DNA of 64,000 nt from Eledone cirrhosa. Taxonomy: Eukaryota. This document shows, piece by piece, positions 44,295 to 58,600 of the stretch. The stretch covers positions 246,264,001 to 246,328,000 of the forward strand of contig OZ024741.1 in NCBI GenBank assembly GCA_964016885.1, written 5' to 3'. The stretch's first letter is position 1; each line of letters starts with the position of its first letter. The notes beneath the pieces are model-generated. The model saw only the letters and a list, made by a program, of their open reading frames with translations, was not told the origin of the DNA and did no database searches. The position numbers and the translations under genes are program-made.

Positions 44295-46177
44295 AAATTA
44301 TCTCCCCTTGGCTGGCTGGAAATTATCTCCCCTTGGAGGCTGGAACTTATCTCCCCTTGGACGGCTAGAAATTACCTCTCCTTGGACGGCTGGAAAATAT
44401 GTCTCCTTGGACGGCTGGATATTATCTCCCCTTGGACGGCTGGAAATTATCTCCCCTTGGACGGCTGGAAATTATCTCCCCTTGGATGGCTAGATATTAC
44501 CTCCCCTTGGACGGCTGGAAATTATCTCCCCTTGATTTTTTTTACAAATTATCTCCCCCTGATTTTTTTTTACAAATTATCTCCCCCTGATTTTTTTTTA
44601 AAAATTATCTCCCCCTGATTTTTGTTTACAAATTATCTCCGCCTGATTTTTTTTAAAAAATTATCTCCCCTTGGACGGCTGGAAATTATCTCCCCTTGGA
44701 CGGCTGGAAATTATATCTCCTTGGACGGCTAGAATTTACCTCTCCTTGGACGGCTGAAAATTATCTCCCCTTGGACGGCTGGAAATTATCTCCCCTTGAT
44801 TTTTTTTACAAATTATCTCCCCCTGATTTTTTTTTACAAATTATCTCCCCCTGATTTTTTTTTACAAATTATCTCCCCCTGATTTTTTTTTACAAATTAT
44901 CTCCCCCTGATTTTTTTACAAATTATCTCCCCTTGGCTGGCTGGAAATTATCTCCCCTTGGAGGCTGGAACTTATCTCCCCTTGGACGGCTAGAAATTAC
45001 CTCTCCTTGGACGGCTGGAAAATATGTCTCCTTGGACGGCTGGATATTATCTCCCCTTGGACGGCTGGAAATTATCTCCCCTTGGACGGCTGGAAATTAT
45101 CTCCCCTTGGATGGCTAGATATTACCTCCCCTTGGACGGCTGGAAATTATCTCCCCTTGATTTTTTTTACAAATTATCTCCCCCTGATTTTTTTTTACAA
45201 ATTATCTCCCCCTGATTTTTTTTTACAAATTATCTCCCCCTGATTTTTGTTTACAAATTATCTCCGCCTGATTTTTTTTTTAAAATTATCTCCCCTTGGA
45301 CGGCTGGAAATTATCTCCCCTTGGACGGCTAGAAATTACCTCTCCTTGGACGGCTGAAAATTATCTCCCCTTGGACGGCTGGAAATTATCTCCCCTTGAT
45401 TTTTTTACAAATTATCTCCCCCTGATTTTTTTTTTACAAATTATCTCCCCCTGATTTTTTTTTTACAAATTATCTCCCCCTAATTTTTTTTTACAAATTA
45501 TCTCCCCCTGATTTTTTTTACAAATTATCTCCCCCCTGATTTTTTTACAAATTATCTCCCCTTGGCTGGCTGGAAATTATCTCCCCTTGGAGGCTGGAAC
45601 TTATCTCCCCTTGGACGGCTAGAAATTACCTCTCCTTGGACGGCTGGAAAATATGTCTCCTTGGACGGCTGGATATTATCTCCCCTTGGACGGCTGGAAA
45701 TTATCTCCCCTTGGACGGCTGGAAATTATCTCCCCTTGGATGGCTAGATATTACCTCCCCTTGGACGGCTGGAAATTATCTCCCCTTGATTTTTTTTACA
45801 AATTATCTCCCCCTAATTTTTTTTTACAAATTATCTCCCCCTGATATTTTAAAAAAAATTATCTCCCCCTGATTTTTGTTTACAAATTATCTCCGCCTGA
45901 TTTTTTTTAAAAAATTATCTCCCCTTGGACGGCTGGAAATTATCTCCCCTTGGACGGCTGGAAATTATATCTCCTTGGACGGCTAGAATTTACCTCTCCT
46001 TGGACGGCTGAAAATTATCTCCCCTTGATTTTTTTACAAATTATCTCCCCCTGATTTTTTTTTACAAATTATCTCCCTCTGATTTTTTTTTACAAATTAT
46101 CTCCCCCTGATTTTTTTTTACAAATTATCTCCCCCTGATTTTTGTTTACAAATTATCTCCGCCTGATTTTTTTTTTA
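44295..46177 (+). repeat. Copy of the ~625-bp x3 block
   Basis: Identical ORFs at 44308, 44933 and 45562. Confidence 0.88.
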
Positions 46178-46636
46178 AAATTATCTCCCCTTGGACGGCT
46201 GGAAATTATCTCCCCTCGGACGGCTAGAAATTACCTCTCCTTGGACGGCTGAAAATTATCTCCCCTTGGACGGCTGGAAATTATCTCCCCTTGATTTTTT
46301 TACAAATTATCTCCCCCTGATTTTTTTTTACAAATTATCTCCCCCTGATTTTTTTTTAGAAATTATCTACCCCTGATTTTTTTTACAAATTATCTCCCCC
46401 TGATTTTTTTTTACAAATTATCTACCCCTGATTTTTTTTACAAATTATCTCCCCCTGATTTTTTTTACAAATTATCTCCCCCTGATTTTTTTTTTACAAA
46501 TTATCTCCCCCTGATTTTTTTACAAATTATCTCCCCCTGATTTTTTTTACAAATTATCTCCGCCGGATTTTTTTAAATATTATCTTCCCTTGGCTTGCGG
46601 GAAATTATCTCCCCTTGGACAGCTGAAAATTATCTC

Positions 46637-49600
46637 CCCTTGGACGGCTGGAAATTATCTCCCCTTGATTTTTTTTACAAATTATCTCCCCCTGATTTTT
46701 TTTTACAAATTATCTCCCCCTGATTTTTTTTACAAATTATCTCCCCCTGATTTTTTTTTACAAATTATCTCCCCCTGATTTTTTTTACAAATTATCTCCC
46801 CCTGATTTTTTTTACAAATTATCTCCCCCTGATTTTTTTTTACAAATTATCTCCCCCTGATTTTTTTACAAATTATCTCCCCCTGATTTTTTTTACAAAT
46901 TATCTCCGCCTGATTTTTTAAAATATTATCTCCCCTTGGACGGCTGGAAATTATCTGCCCTTGATTTTCTTTTTACAAATTAACTTCCACTGATTTTTTT
47001 TACAAATTATCTCCACCTGATTTTTTTAAAAATTATCTCCCCTTGGAAGGCTGGAAATTATCTCCCCTTGGCTGGAAATTATCTCCCCTTGGACGGCTAG
47101 AAATTATCTCTCTTTGGACGGCTGGAAATTATCACCCCTTGAGTTTTTTACAAATTATCTCCCCCTGATTTTTTTTACAAATCTCCCAGTGATTTTTAAA
47201 AAAAAATTATCTTCCCTTCGCTGGCTGGAAATTATCTCCCCTTGGACGCTGGAAATTATAGCCCCTTGGAGGGCTGGAAATTATCTTCCCTTGGACGGCT
47301 GGAAATTATCTCCCCTTGATTTTTTTTACAAATTATCTCCCCCTGATTTTTTTTTACAAATTATCTCCCCCTGATTTTTTTTACAACTTATCTGCGCCTG
47401 ATTTTTTTAAAAAAATTATCTCCCCTTGGACGGCTGGAAATTATCTCCCCTTGGACGGCTGGAAATTATCTCTCCTTGGACGGCTGAAAATTATCTCCCC
47501 TTGGACGGCTGGAAATTATCTCCCCTTGATTTTTTTTACAAATTATCTCCCCCTGATTTTTTTTACAAATTATCTCCCCCTGATTTTTTTTTACAAATTA
47601 TCTCCCCCTGATTTTTTTTACAAATTATCTCCCCCTGATTTTTTTACAAATTATCTCCCCTTGGCTGGCTGGAAATTATCTCCCCTTGGAGGCTGGAACT
47701 TATCTCCCCTTGGACGGCTAGAAATTACCTCTCCTTGGACGGCTGGAAAATATGTCTCCTTGGACGGCTGGATATTATCTCACCTTGGACGGCTAGAAAT
47801 TATCTCCCCTTGGACGGCAGGAAATTATCTCCCCTTGGATGGCTAGATATTACCTCCCCTTGGACGGCTGGAAATTATCTCCCCTTGATTTTTTTTACAA
47901 ATTATCTGCCCCTGATTTTTTTTTACAAATTATCTCCCCCTGATTTTTTTTTACAAATTATCTCCCCCTGATTTTTTTTTTAAAATTATCTCCCCTTGGA
48001 CGGCTGGAAATTATCTCCCCTTGGACGGCTAGAAATTACCTCTCCTTGGACGGCTGAAAATTATCTCCCCTTGGACGGCTGGAAATTATCTCCCCTTGAT
48101 TTTTTTACAAATTATTTCCGCCTGATTTTTTTTTACAAATTATCTCCCCCTGATTTTTTTTTACAAATTATCTACCCCTGATTTTTTTTTACAAATTATC
48201 TCCCCCTGATTTTTTTTTACAAATTATCTACCCCTGATTTTTTTTACAAATTATCTCCCCCTGATTTTTTTTACAAATTATCTCCCCCTGATTTTTTTTT
48301 TTACAAATTATCTCCCCCTGATTTTTTTACAAATTATCTCCCCCTGATTTTTTTTACAAATTATCTCCGCCGGATTTTTTTAAATATTATCTTCCCTTGG
48401 CTGGCGGGAAATTATCTCCCCTTGGACGGCTGAAAATTATCTCCCCTTGGACGGCTGGAAATTATCTCCCCTTGATTTTTTTTACAAATTATCTCCCCCT
48501 GACTTTTTTTTACAAATTATCTCCCCCTGATTTTTTTTACAAATTATCTCCCCCTGATTTTTTTACAAATTATCTCCCCTTGGCTGGCTGGAAATTACCT
48601 CCCCTTGTAGGCTGGAATTTATCTCCCCTTGGACGGCTAGAAATTACCTCTACTTGGACGGCTGGAAAATATGTCTCCTTGGACGGCTGGATATTATCTC
48701 CCCTTGGACGGCTGGAAATTATCTCCCCTTGGACGGCTGGAAATTATCTCCCCTTGATTTTTTTTACAAATTATCTCCCCCTGATTTTTTTACAAATCTC
48801 CCAGTGATTTTTAAAAAAAAATTATCTTCCCTTCGCTGGCTGGAAATTATCTCCCCTTGGACGCTGGAAATTATAGCCCCTTGGAGGGCTGGAAATTATC
48901 TTCCCTTGGACGGCTGGAAATTATCTCCCCTTGATTTTTTTTACAAATTATCTCCCCCTGATTTTTTTTTACAAATTATCTCCCCCTGATTTTTTTTTAC
49001 AACTTATCTGCGCCTGATTTTTTTAAAAAAATTATCTCCCCTTGGACGGCTGGAAATTATCTCCCCTTGGACGGCTGGAAATTATCTCTCCTTGGACGGC
49101 TAGAATTTACCTCTCCTTGGACGGCTGAAAATTATCTCCCCTTGGACGGCTGGAAATTATCTCCCCTTGATTTTTTTTACAAATTATCTCCCCCTGATTT
49201 TTTTTTACAAATTATCTCCCCCTGATTTTTTTTTACAAATTATCTCCCCCTGATTTTTTTTTACAAATTATCTCCCCCTGATTTTTTTTACAAATTATCT
49301 CCCCCTGATTTTTTTACAAATTATCTCCCCTTGGCTGGCTGGAAATTATCTCCCCTTGGAGGCTGGAACTTATCTCCCCTTGGACGGCTAGAAATTACCT
49401 CTCCTTGGACGGCTGAAAATTATCTCCCCTTGGACGGCTGGAAATTATCTCCCCTTGATTTTTTTACAAATTATCTCCCCCTGATTTTTTTTTACAAATT
49501 ATCTCCGCCTGATTTTTTTTTACAAATTATCTACCCCTGATTTTTTTTTACAAATTATCTCCCCCTGATTTTTTTTTACAAATTATCTACCCCTGATTTT

Positions 49601-52600
49601 TTTTACAAATTATCTCCCCCCGATTTTTTTTACAAATTATCTCCCCTTGATTTTTTTTTTTACAAATTATCTCCCCCTGATTTTTTTACAAATTATCTCC
49701 CCCTGATTTTTTTTACAAATTATCTCCGCCGGATTTTTTTAAATATTATCTTCCCTTGGCTGGCGGGAAATTATCTCCCCTTGGACGGCTGAAAATTATC
49801 TCCCCTTGGACGGCTGGAAATTATCTCCCCTTGATTTTTTTTACAAATTATCTCCCCCTGATTTTTTTTTACAAATTATCTCCCCCTGATTTTTTTACAA
49901 ATTATCTCCCCTTGGCTGGCTGGAAATTACCTCCCCTTGTAGGCTGGAATTTATCTCCCCTTGGACGGCTAGAAATTACCTCTCTTTGGACGGCTGGAAA
50001 ATATGTCTCCTTGGACGGCTGGATATTATCTCCCCTTGGATGGCTGGAAATTATCTCCCCTTGGACGGCTGGAAATTATCTCCCCTTGATTTTTTTTACA
50101 AATTATCTCCTCCTGATTTTTTTTACAAATCTCCCAATGATTTTTTAAAAAAAATTATCTCCCCTTCGCTGGCTGGAAATTATCTCCCCTTGGACGCTGG
50201 AAATTATAGCCCCTTGGAGGGCTGGAAATTATCTTCCCTTGGACGGCTGGAAATTATCTCCCCTTGATTTTTTTTACAAATTATCTCCCCCTGATTTTTT
50301 TTTACAAATTATCTCCCCCTGATTTTTTTTTACAAATTATCTCCCCCTGATTTTTTATTTACAAATTATCTCCGCCTGATTTTTTTTTAAAAATTACCTC
50401 CCCTTGGACGGCTGGAAATTATCTCCCCTTGGACGGCTGGAAATTATCTCCCCTTGGACGGCTAGAAATTATCTCTCCTTGGACGGCTGAAAATTATCTC
50501 CCCTTGGACGGCTGCAAATTATCTCCCCTTGATTTTTTTTACAAATTATCTCCCCCTGATTTTTTTTACAAATTATCTCCCCCTGATTTTTTTTACAAAT
50601 TATCTACCCCTGATTTTTTTTACAAATTATCTCCCCCTGATTTTTTTTTACAAATTATCTCCCCCTGATTTTTTTTACAAATTATCTCCGCCTGATTTTT
50701 TTAAATATTATCTTCCCTTGGCTGGCGGGAAATTATCTCCCCTTGGACGGCTGGAAATTATCTGCCCTTGATTTTTTTTACAAATTATCTCCCCCTGATT
50801 TTTTTTTTACAAATTATCTCCCCCTAATTTTTTTTTACAAATTATCTCCCCCTGATTTTTTTTACAAATTATCTCCCCCCTGATTTTTTTACAAATTATC
50901 TCCCCTTGGCTGGCTGGAAATTATCTCCCCTTGGAGGCTGGAACTTATCTCCCCTTGGACGGCTAGATATTACCTCCCCTTGGACGGCTGGAAATTATCT
51001 CCCCTTGGACGGCTGGAAATTATCTCCCCTTGGATGGCTAGATATTACCTCCCCTTGGACGGCTGGAAATTATCTCCCCTTGATTTTGTTTACAAATTAT
51101 CTCCCCCTGATTTTTTTTTACAAATTATCTCCCCCTGATTTTTTTTTACAAATTATCTCCCCCTGATTTTTGTTTACAAATTATCTCCGCCTGATTTTTT
51201 TTTTAAAATTATCTCCCCTTGGACGGCTGGAAATTATCTCCCCTCGGACGGCTAGAAATTACCTCTCCTTGGACGGCTGAAAATTATCTCCCCTTGGACG
51301 GCTGGAAATTATCTCCCCTTGATTTTTTTACAAATTATCTCCCCCTGATTTTTTTTTTACAAATTATCTCCCCCTGATTTTTTTTTAGAAATTATCTACC
51401 CCTGATTTGTTTTTACAAATTATCTCCCCCTGATTTTTTTTTACAAATTATCTACCCCTGATTTTTTTTACAAATTATCTCCCCCTGATTTTTTTTACAA
51501 ATTATCTCCCCCTGATTTTTTTTTTACAAATTATCTCCCCCTGATTTTTTTACAAATTATCTCCCCCTGATCTTTTTTACAAATTATCTCCGCCGGATTT
51601 TTTTAAATATTATCTTCCCTTGGCTTGCGGGAAATTATCTCCCCTTGGACGGCTGAAAATTATCTCCCCTTGGACGGCTGGAAATTATCTCCCCTTGATT
51701 TTTTTTACAAATTATCTCCCCCTGATTTTTTTTTACAAATTATCTTCCCCTGATTTTTTTTTACAAATTATCTCCCCCTGATTTTTTTTACAAATTATCT
51801 CCCCCTGATTTTTTTTACAAATTATCTCCCCCTGATTTTTTTTTACAAATTATCTCCCCCTGATTTTTTTACAAATTATCTCCCCCTGATTTTTTTTACA
51901 AATTATCTCCGCCTGATTTTTTAAAATATTATCTCCCCTTGGACGGCTGGAAATTATCTGCCCTTGATTTTCTTTTTACAAATTAACTTCCACTGATTTT
52001 TTTTACAAATTATCTCCACCTGATTTTTTTAAAAATTATCTCCCCTTGGAAGGCTGGAAATTATCTCCCCTTGGCTGGAAATTATCTCCCCTTGGACGGC
52101 TAGAAATTATCTCTCTTTGGACGGCTGGAAATTATCACCCCTTGAGTTTTTTACAAATTATCTCCCCCTGATTTTTTTTACAAATCTCCCAGTGATTTTT
52201 AAAAAAAAATTATCTTCCCTTCACTGGCTGGAAATTATCTCCCCTTGGACGCTGGAAATTATAGCCGCTTGATTTTTTTTACAAATTATCTCCCCCTGAT
52301 TTTTTTTTACAAATTATCTCCCCCTGATTTTTTTTAAAAAATTATCTCCCCTTGGACGGCTGGAAATTATCTCCCCTTGGACGGCTGGAAATTATCTCTC
52401 CTTGGACGGCTAGAATTTACCTCTCCTTGGACGGCTGAAAATTATCTCCCCTTGGACGGCTGGAAATTATCTCCCCTTGATTTTTTTTACAAATTATCTC
52501 CCCCTGATTTTTTTTTACAAATTATCTCCCCCTGATTTTTTTTTACAAATTATCTCCCCCTGATTTTTTTTACAAATTATCTCCCCCTGATTTTTTTACA

Positions 52601-55600
52601 AATTATCTCCCCTTGGCTGGCTGGAAATTATCTCCCCTTGGACGGCAGGAAATTATCTCCCCTTGGATGGCTAGATATTACCTCCCCTTGGACGGCTGGA
52701 AATTATCTCCCCTTGATTTTTTTTACAAATTATCTGCCCCTGATTTTTTTTTACAAATTATCTCCCCCTGATTTTTTTTTACAAATTATCTCCCCCTGAT
52801 TTTTTTTTTAAAATTATCTCCCCTTGGACGGCTGGAAATTATCTCCCCTTGGACGGCTAGAAATTACCTCTCCTTGGACGGCTGAAAATTATCTCCCCTT
52901 GGACGGCTGGAAATTATCTCCCCTTGATTTTTTTACAAATTATTTCCCCCTGATTTTTTTTTACAAATTATCTCCCCCTGATTTTTTTTTACAAATTATC
53001 TATCCCTGATTTTTTTTTACAAATTATCTCCCCCTGATTTTTTTTTACAAATTATCTACCCCTGATTTTTTTTTACAAATTATCTCCCCCTGATTTTTTT
53101 TACAAATTATCTCCCCCTGATTTTTTTTTTTACAAATTATCTCCCCCTGATTTTTTTACAAATTATCTCCCCCTGATTTTTTTTACAAATTATCTCCGCC
53201 GGATTTTTTTAAATATTATCTTCCCTTGGCTGGCGGGAAATTATCTCCCCTTGGACGGCTGAAAATTATCTCCCCTTGGACGGCTGGAAATTATCTCCCC
53301 TTGGAAGGATGGAAATTATCTCCCCTTGCACGGCTGGAAATTATCTCCCCTTGGCTGGAAATTATCTCCCCTTGGACGGCTAGAAATTATCTCTCTTTGG
53401 ACGGCTGGAAATTATCTCCCTTTGATTTTTTTTACAAATTATCTCCCTCTGATTTTTTTTACAAATCTCCCCCTGATTTTTTTAAAAAAATTATCTCCCC
53501 TTCGCTGGCTGGAAATTATCTTCCCTTGGACGGCTGGAAATTATCTCCCCTTGATTTTTTTTACAAATTATCTCCGCCTGATTTTTTTTTAAAATTATCT
53601 CTCCTTGGACGGCTGGAAATTATCTCCCCTTGATTTTTTTTACAAATAATCTCCCCCTGATTTTTTTTTACAAATTATCTCCCCCTGATTTTTTTTTACA
53701 AATTATCTACCCCTGATTTTTTTTACAAATTATCTCCCCCTGATTTTTTTTACAAATTATCTCCCCCTGATTTTTCTTTTACAAATTATCTCCACCTGAT
53801 TTTTTTACAAATTATCTCCCCCTGATTTTTTTTACAAATTGTCTCTGCCTGATTTTTTTAAATATTATCTTCCCGTGGCTGGCGGGAAATTACCTCCCCT
53901 TGGACGGCTGGAAATTATCTGTCCTTGATTTTCTTTTTACAAATTATCTTCCACTGATTTTTTTTACAAATTATCTCCACCTGATTTTTTTAAAAATTAT
54001 CTCCCCTTGGAAGGCTGGAAATTATCTCCCCTTGGCTGGAAATTATCTCCCCTTGGACGGCTAGAAATTATCTCTCTTTGGACGGCTGGAAATTATCACC
54101 CCTTGAGTTTTTTACAAATTATCTCCCCCTGATTTTTTTTACAAATCTCCCAGTGATTTTAAAAAAAAAATTATCTCCCCTTCGCTGGCTGGAAATTATC
54201 TCCCCTTGGACGCTGGAAATTATAGCCCCTTGGAGGGCTGGAAATTATCTTCCCTTGGACGGCTGGAAATTATCTCCCCTTGATTTTTTTTACAAATTAT
54301 CTCCCCCTGATTTTTTTTTACAAATTATCTTCCCCTGATTTTTTTTTACAACTTATCTGCGCCTGATTTTTTTAAAAAAATTATCTCCCCTCGGACGGCT
54401 GGAAATTATCTCTCCTTGGACGGCTAGAATTTACCTCTCCTTGGACGGCTGAAAATTATCTCCCCTTGGACGGCTGGAAATTATCTCCCCTTGATTTTTT
54501 TTACAAATTATCTACCCCTGATTTTTTTTACAAATTATCTCCCCCTGATTTTTTTTACAAATTATCTCCCCCTGATTTTTTTTTTACAAATTATCTCCCC
54601 CTGATTTTTTTACAAATTATCTCCCCCTGATTTTTTTTACAAATTATCTCCGCCGGATTTTTTTAAATATTATCTTCCCTTGGCTTGCGGGAAATTATCT
54701 CCCCTTGGACGGCTGAAAATTATCTCCCCTTGGACGGCTGGAAATTATCTCCCCTTGATTTTTTTTACAAATTATCTCCCCCTGACTTTTTTTTACAAAT
54801 TATCTCCCCCTGATTTTTTTTACAAATTATCTCCCCCTGATTTTTTTACAAATTATCTCCCCTTGGCTGGCTGGAAATTACCTCCCCTTGTAGGCTGGAA
54901 TTTATCTCCCCTTGGACGGCTAGAAATTACCTCTACTTGGACGGCTGGAAAATATGTCTCCTTGGACGGCTGGATATTATCTCCCCTTGGACGGCTGGAA
55001 ATTATCTCCCCTTGGACGGCTGGAAATTATCTCCCCTTGATTTTTTTTACAAATTATCTCCCCCTGATTTTTTTACAAATCTCCCAGTGATTTTTAAAAA
55101 AAAATTATCTTCCCTTCGCTGGCTGGAAATTATCTCCCCTTGGACGCTGGAAATTATAGCCCCTTGGAGGGCTGGAAATTATCTTCCCTTGGACGGCTGG
55201 AAATTATCTCCCCTTGATTTTTTTTACAAATTATCTCCCCCTGATTTTTTTTTACAAATTATCTCCCCCTGATTTTTTTTACAAATTATCTCCCCCTGAT
55301 TTTTTTTTACAAATTATCTCCCCCTGATTTTTTTTACAAATTATCTCCCCCTGATTTTTTTTACAAATTATCTCCCCCTGATTTTTTTTTACAAATTATC
55401 TCCCCCTGATTTTTTTACAAATTATCTCCCCCTGATTTTTTTTACAAATTATCTCCGCCTGATTTTTTAAAATATTATCTCCCCTTGGACGGCTGGAAAT
55501 TATCTGCCCTTGATTTTCTTTTTACAAATTAACTTCCACTGATTTTTTTTACAAATTATCTCCACCTGATTTTTTTAAAAATTATCTCCCCTTGGAAGGC

Positions 55601-58600
55601 TGGAAATTATCTCCCCTTGGCTGGAAATTATCTCCCCTTGGACGGCTAGAAATTATCTCTCTTTGGACGGCTGGAAATTATCACCCCTTGAGTTTTTTAC
55701 AAATTATCTCCCCCTGATTTTTTTTACAAATCTCCCAGTGATTTTTAAAAAAAAATTATCTTCCCTTCGCTGGCTGGAAATTATCTCCCCTTGGACGCTG
55801 GAAATTATAGCCCCTTGGAGGGCTGGAAATTATCTTCCCTTGGACGGCTGGAAATTATCTCCCCTTGATTTTTTTTACAAATTATCTCCCCCTGATTTTT
55901 TTTTACAAATTATCTCCCCCTGATTTTTTTTACAACTTATCTGCGCCTGATTTTTTTAAAAAAATTATCTCCCCTTGGACGGCTGGAAATTATCTCCCCT
56001 TGGACGGCTGGAAATTATCTCTCCTTGGACGGCTGAAAATTATCTCCCCTTGGACGGCTGGAAATTATCTCCCCTTGATTTTTTTTACAAATTATCTCCC
56101 CCTGATTTTTTTTACAAATTATCTCCCCCTGATTTTTTTTTACAAATTATCTCCCCCTGATTTTTTTTACAAATTATCTCCCCCTGATTTTTTTACAAAT
56201 TATCTCCCCTTGGCTGGCTGGAAATTATCTCCCCTTGGAGGCTGGAACTTATCTCCCCTTGGACGGCTAGAAATTACCTCTCCTTGGACGGCTGGAAAAT
56301 ATGTCTCCTTGGACGGCTGGATATTATCTCACCTTGGACGGCTAGAAATTATCTCCCCTTGGACGGCAGGAAATTATCTCCCCTTGGATGGCTAGATATT
56401 ACCTCCCCTTGGACGGCTGGAAATTATCTCCCCTTGATTTTTTTTACAAATTATCTGCCCCTGATTTTTTTTTACAAATTATCTCCCCCTGATTTTTTTT
56501 TACAAATTATCTCCCCCTGATTTTTTTTTTAAAATTATCTCCCCTTGGACGGCTGGAAATTATCTCCCCTTGGACGGCTAGAAATTACCTCTCCTTGGAC
56601 GGCTGAAAATTATCTCCCCTTGGACGGCTGGAAATTATCTCCCCTTGATTTTTTTACAAATTATTTCCGCCTGATTTTTTTTTACAAATTATCTCCCCCT
56701 GATTTTTTTTTACAAATTATCTACCCCTGATTTTTTTTTACAAATTATCTCCCCCTGATTTTTTTTTACAAATTATCTACCCCTGATTTTTTTTACAAAT
56801 TATCTCCCCCTGATTTTTTTTACAAATTATCTCCCCCTGATTTTTTTTTTTACAAATTATCTCCCCCTGATTTTTTTACAAATTATCTCCCCCTGATTTT
56901 TTTTACAAATTATCTCCGCCGGATTTTTTTAAATATTATCTTCCCTTGGCTGGCGGGAAATTATCTCCCCTTGGACGGCTGAAAATTATCTCCCCTTGGA
57001 CGGCTGGAAATTATCTCCCCTTGATTTTTTTTACAAATTATCTCCCCCTGACTTTTTTTTACAAATTATCTCCCCCTGATTTTTTTTACAAATTATCTCC
57101 CCCTGATTTTTTTACAAATTATCTCCCCTTGGCTGGCTGGAAATTACCTCCCCTTGTAGGCTGGAATTTATCTCCCCTTGGACGGCTAGAAATTACCTCT
57201 ACTTGGACGGCTGGAAAATATGTCTCCTTGGACGGCTGGATATTATCTCCCCTTGGACGGCTGGAAATTATCTCCCCTTGGACGGCTGGAAATTATCTCC
57301 CCTTGATTTTTTTTACAAATTATCTCCCCCTGATTTTTTTACAAATCTCCCAGTGATTTTTTAAAAAAAATTATCTTCCCTTCGCTGGCTGGAAATTATC
57401 TCCCCTTGGACGCTGGAAATTATAGCCCCTTGGAGGGCTGGAAATTATCTTCCCTTGGACGGCTGGAAATTATCTCCCCTTGATTTTTTTTACAAATTAT
57501 CTCCCCCTGATTTTTTTTTACAAATTATCTCCCCCTGATTTTTTTTTACAACTTATCTGCGCCTGATTTTTTTAAAAAAATTATCTCCCCTTGGACGGCT
57601 GGAAATTATCTCCCCTTGGACGGCTGGAAATTATCTCTCCTTGGACGGCTAGAATTTACCTCTCCTTGGACGGCTGAAAATTATCTCCCCTTGGACGGCT
57701 GGAAATTATCTCCCCTTGATTTTTTTTACAAATTATCTCCCCCTGATTTTTTTTTACAAATTATCTCCCCCTGATTTTTTTTTACAAATTATCTCCCCCT
57801 GATTTTTTTTTACAAATTATCTCCCCCTGATTTTTTTTACAAATTATCTCCCCCTGATTTTTTTACAAATTATCTCCCCTTGGCTGGCTGGAAATTATCT
57901 CCCCTTGGAGGCTGGAACTTATCTCCCCTTGGACGGCTAGAAATTACCTCTCCTTGGACGGCTGAAAATTATCTCCCCTTGGACGGCTGGAAATTATCTC
58001 CCCTTGATTTTTTTACAAATTATCTCCCCCTGATTTTTTTTTACAAATTATCTCCGCCTGATTTTTTTTTACAAATTATCTACCCCTGATTTTTTTTTAC
58101 AAATTATCTCCCCCTGATTTTTTTTTACAAATTATCTACCCCTGATTTTTTTTACAAATTATCTCCCCCCGATTTTTTTTACAAATTATCTCCCCTTGAT
58201 TTTTTTTTTTACAAATTATCTCCCCCTGATTTTTTTACAAATTATCTCCCCCTGATTTTTTTTACAAATTATCTCCGCCGGATTTTTTTAAATATTATCT
58301 TCCCTTGGCTGGCGGGAAATTATCTCCCCTTGGACGGCTGAAAATTATCTCCCCTTGGACGGCTGGAAATTATCTCCCCTTGATTTTTTTTACAAATTAT
58401 CTCCCCCTGATTTTTTTTTACAAATTATCTCCCCCTGATTTTTTTACAAATTATCTCCCCTTGGCTGGCTGGAAATTACCTCCCCTTGTAGGCTGGAATT
58501 TATCTCCCCTTGGACGGCTAGAAATTACCTCTCTTTGGACGGCTGGAAAATATGTCTCCTTGGACGGCTGGATATTATCTCCCCTTGGATGGCTGGAAAT

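Larger units (their letters stand above)
37521..49166 (+). repeat. 5,987-bp duplication inside the second super-repeat (first unit lacks its left ~340 bp)
   Basis: Offset 5987 for ORFs 37799/43786 through 42667/48654. Confidence 0.92.
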
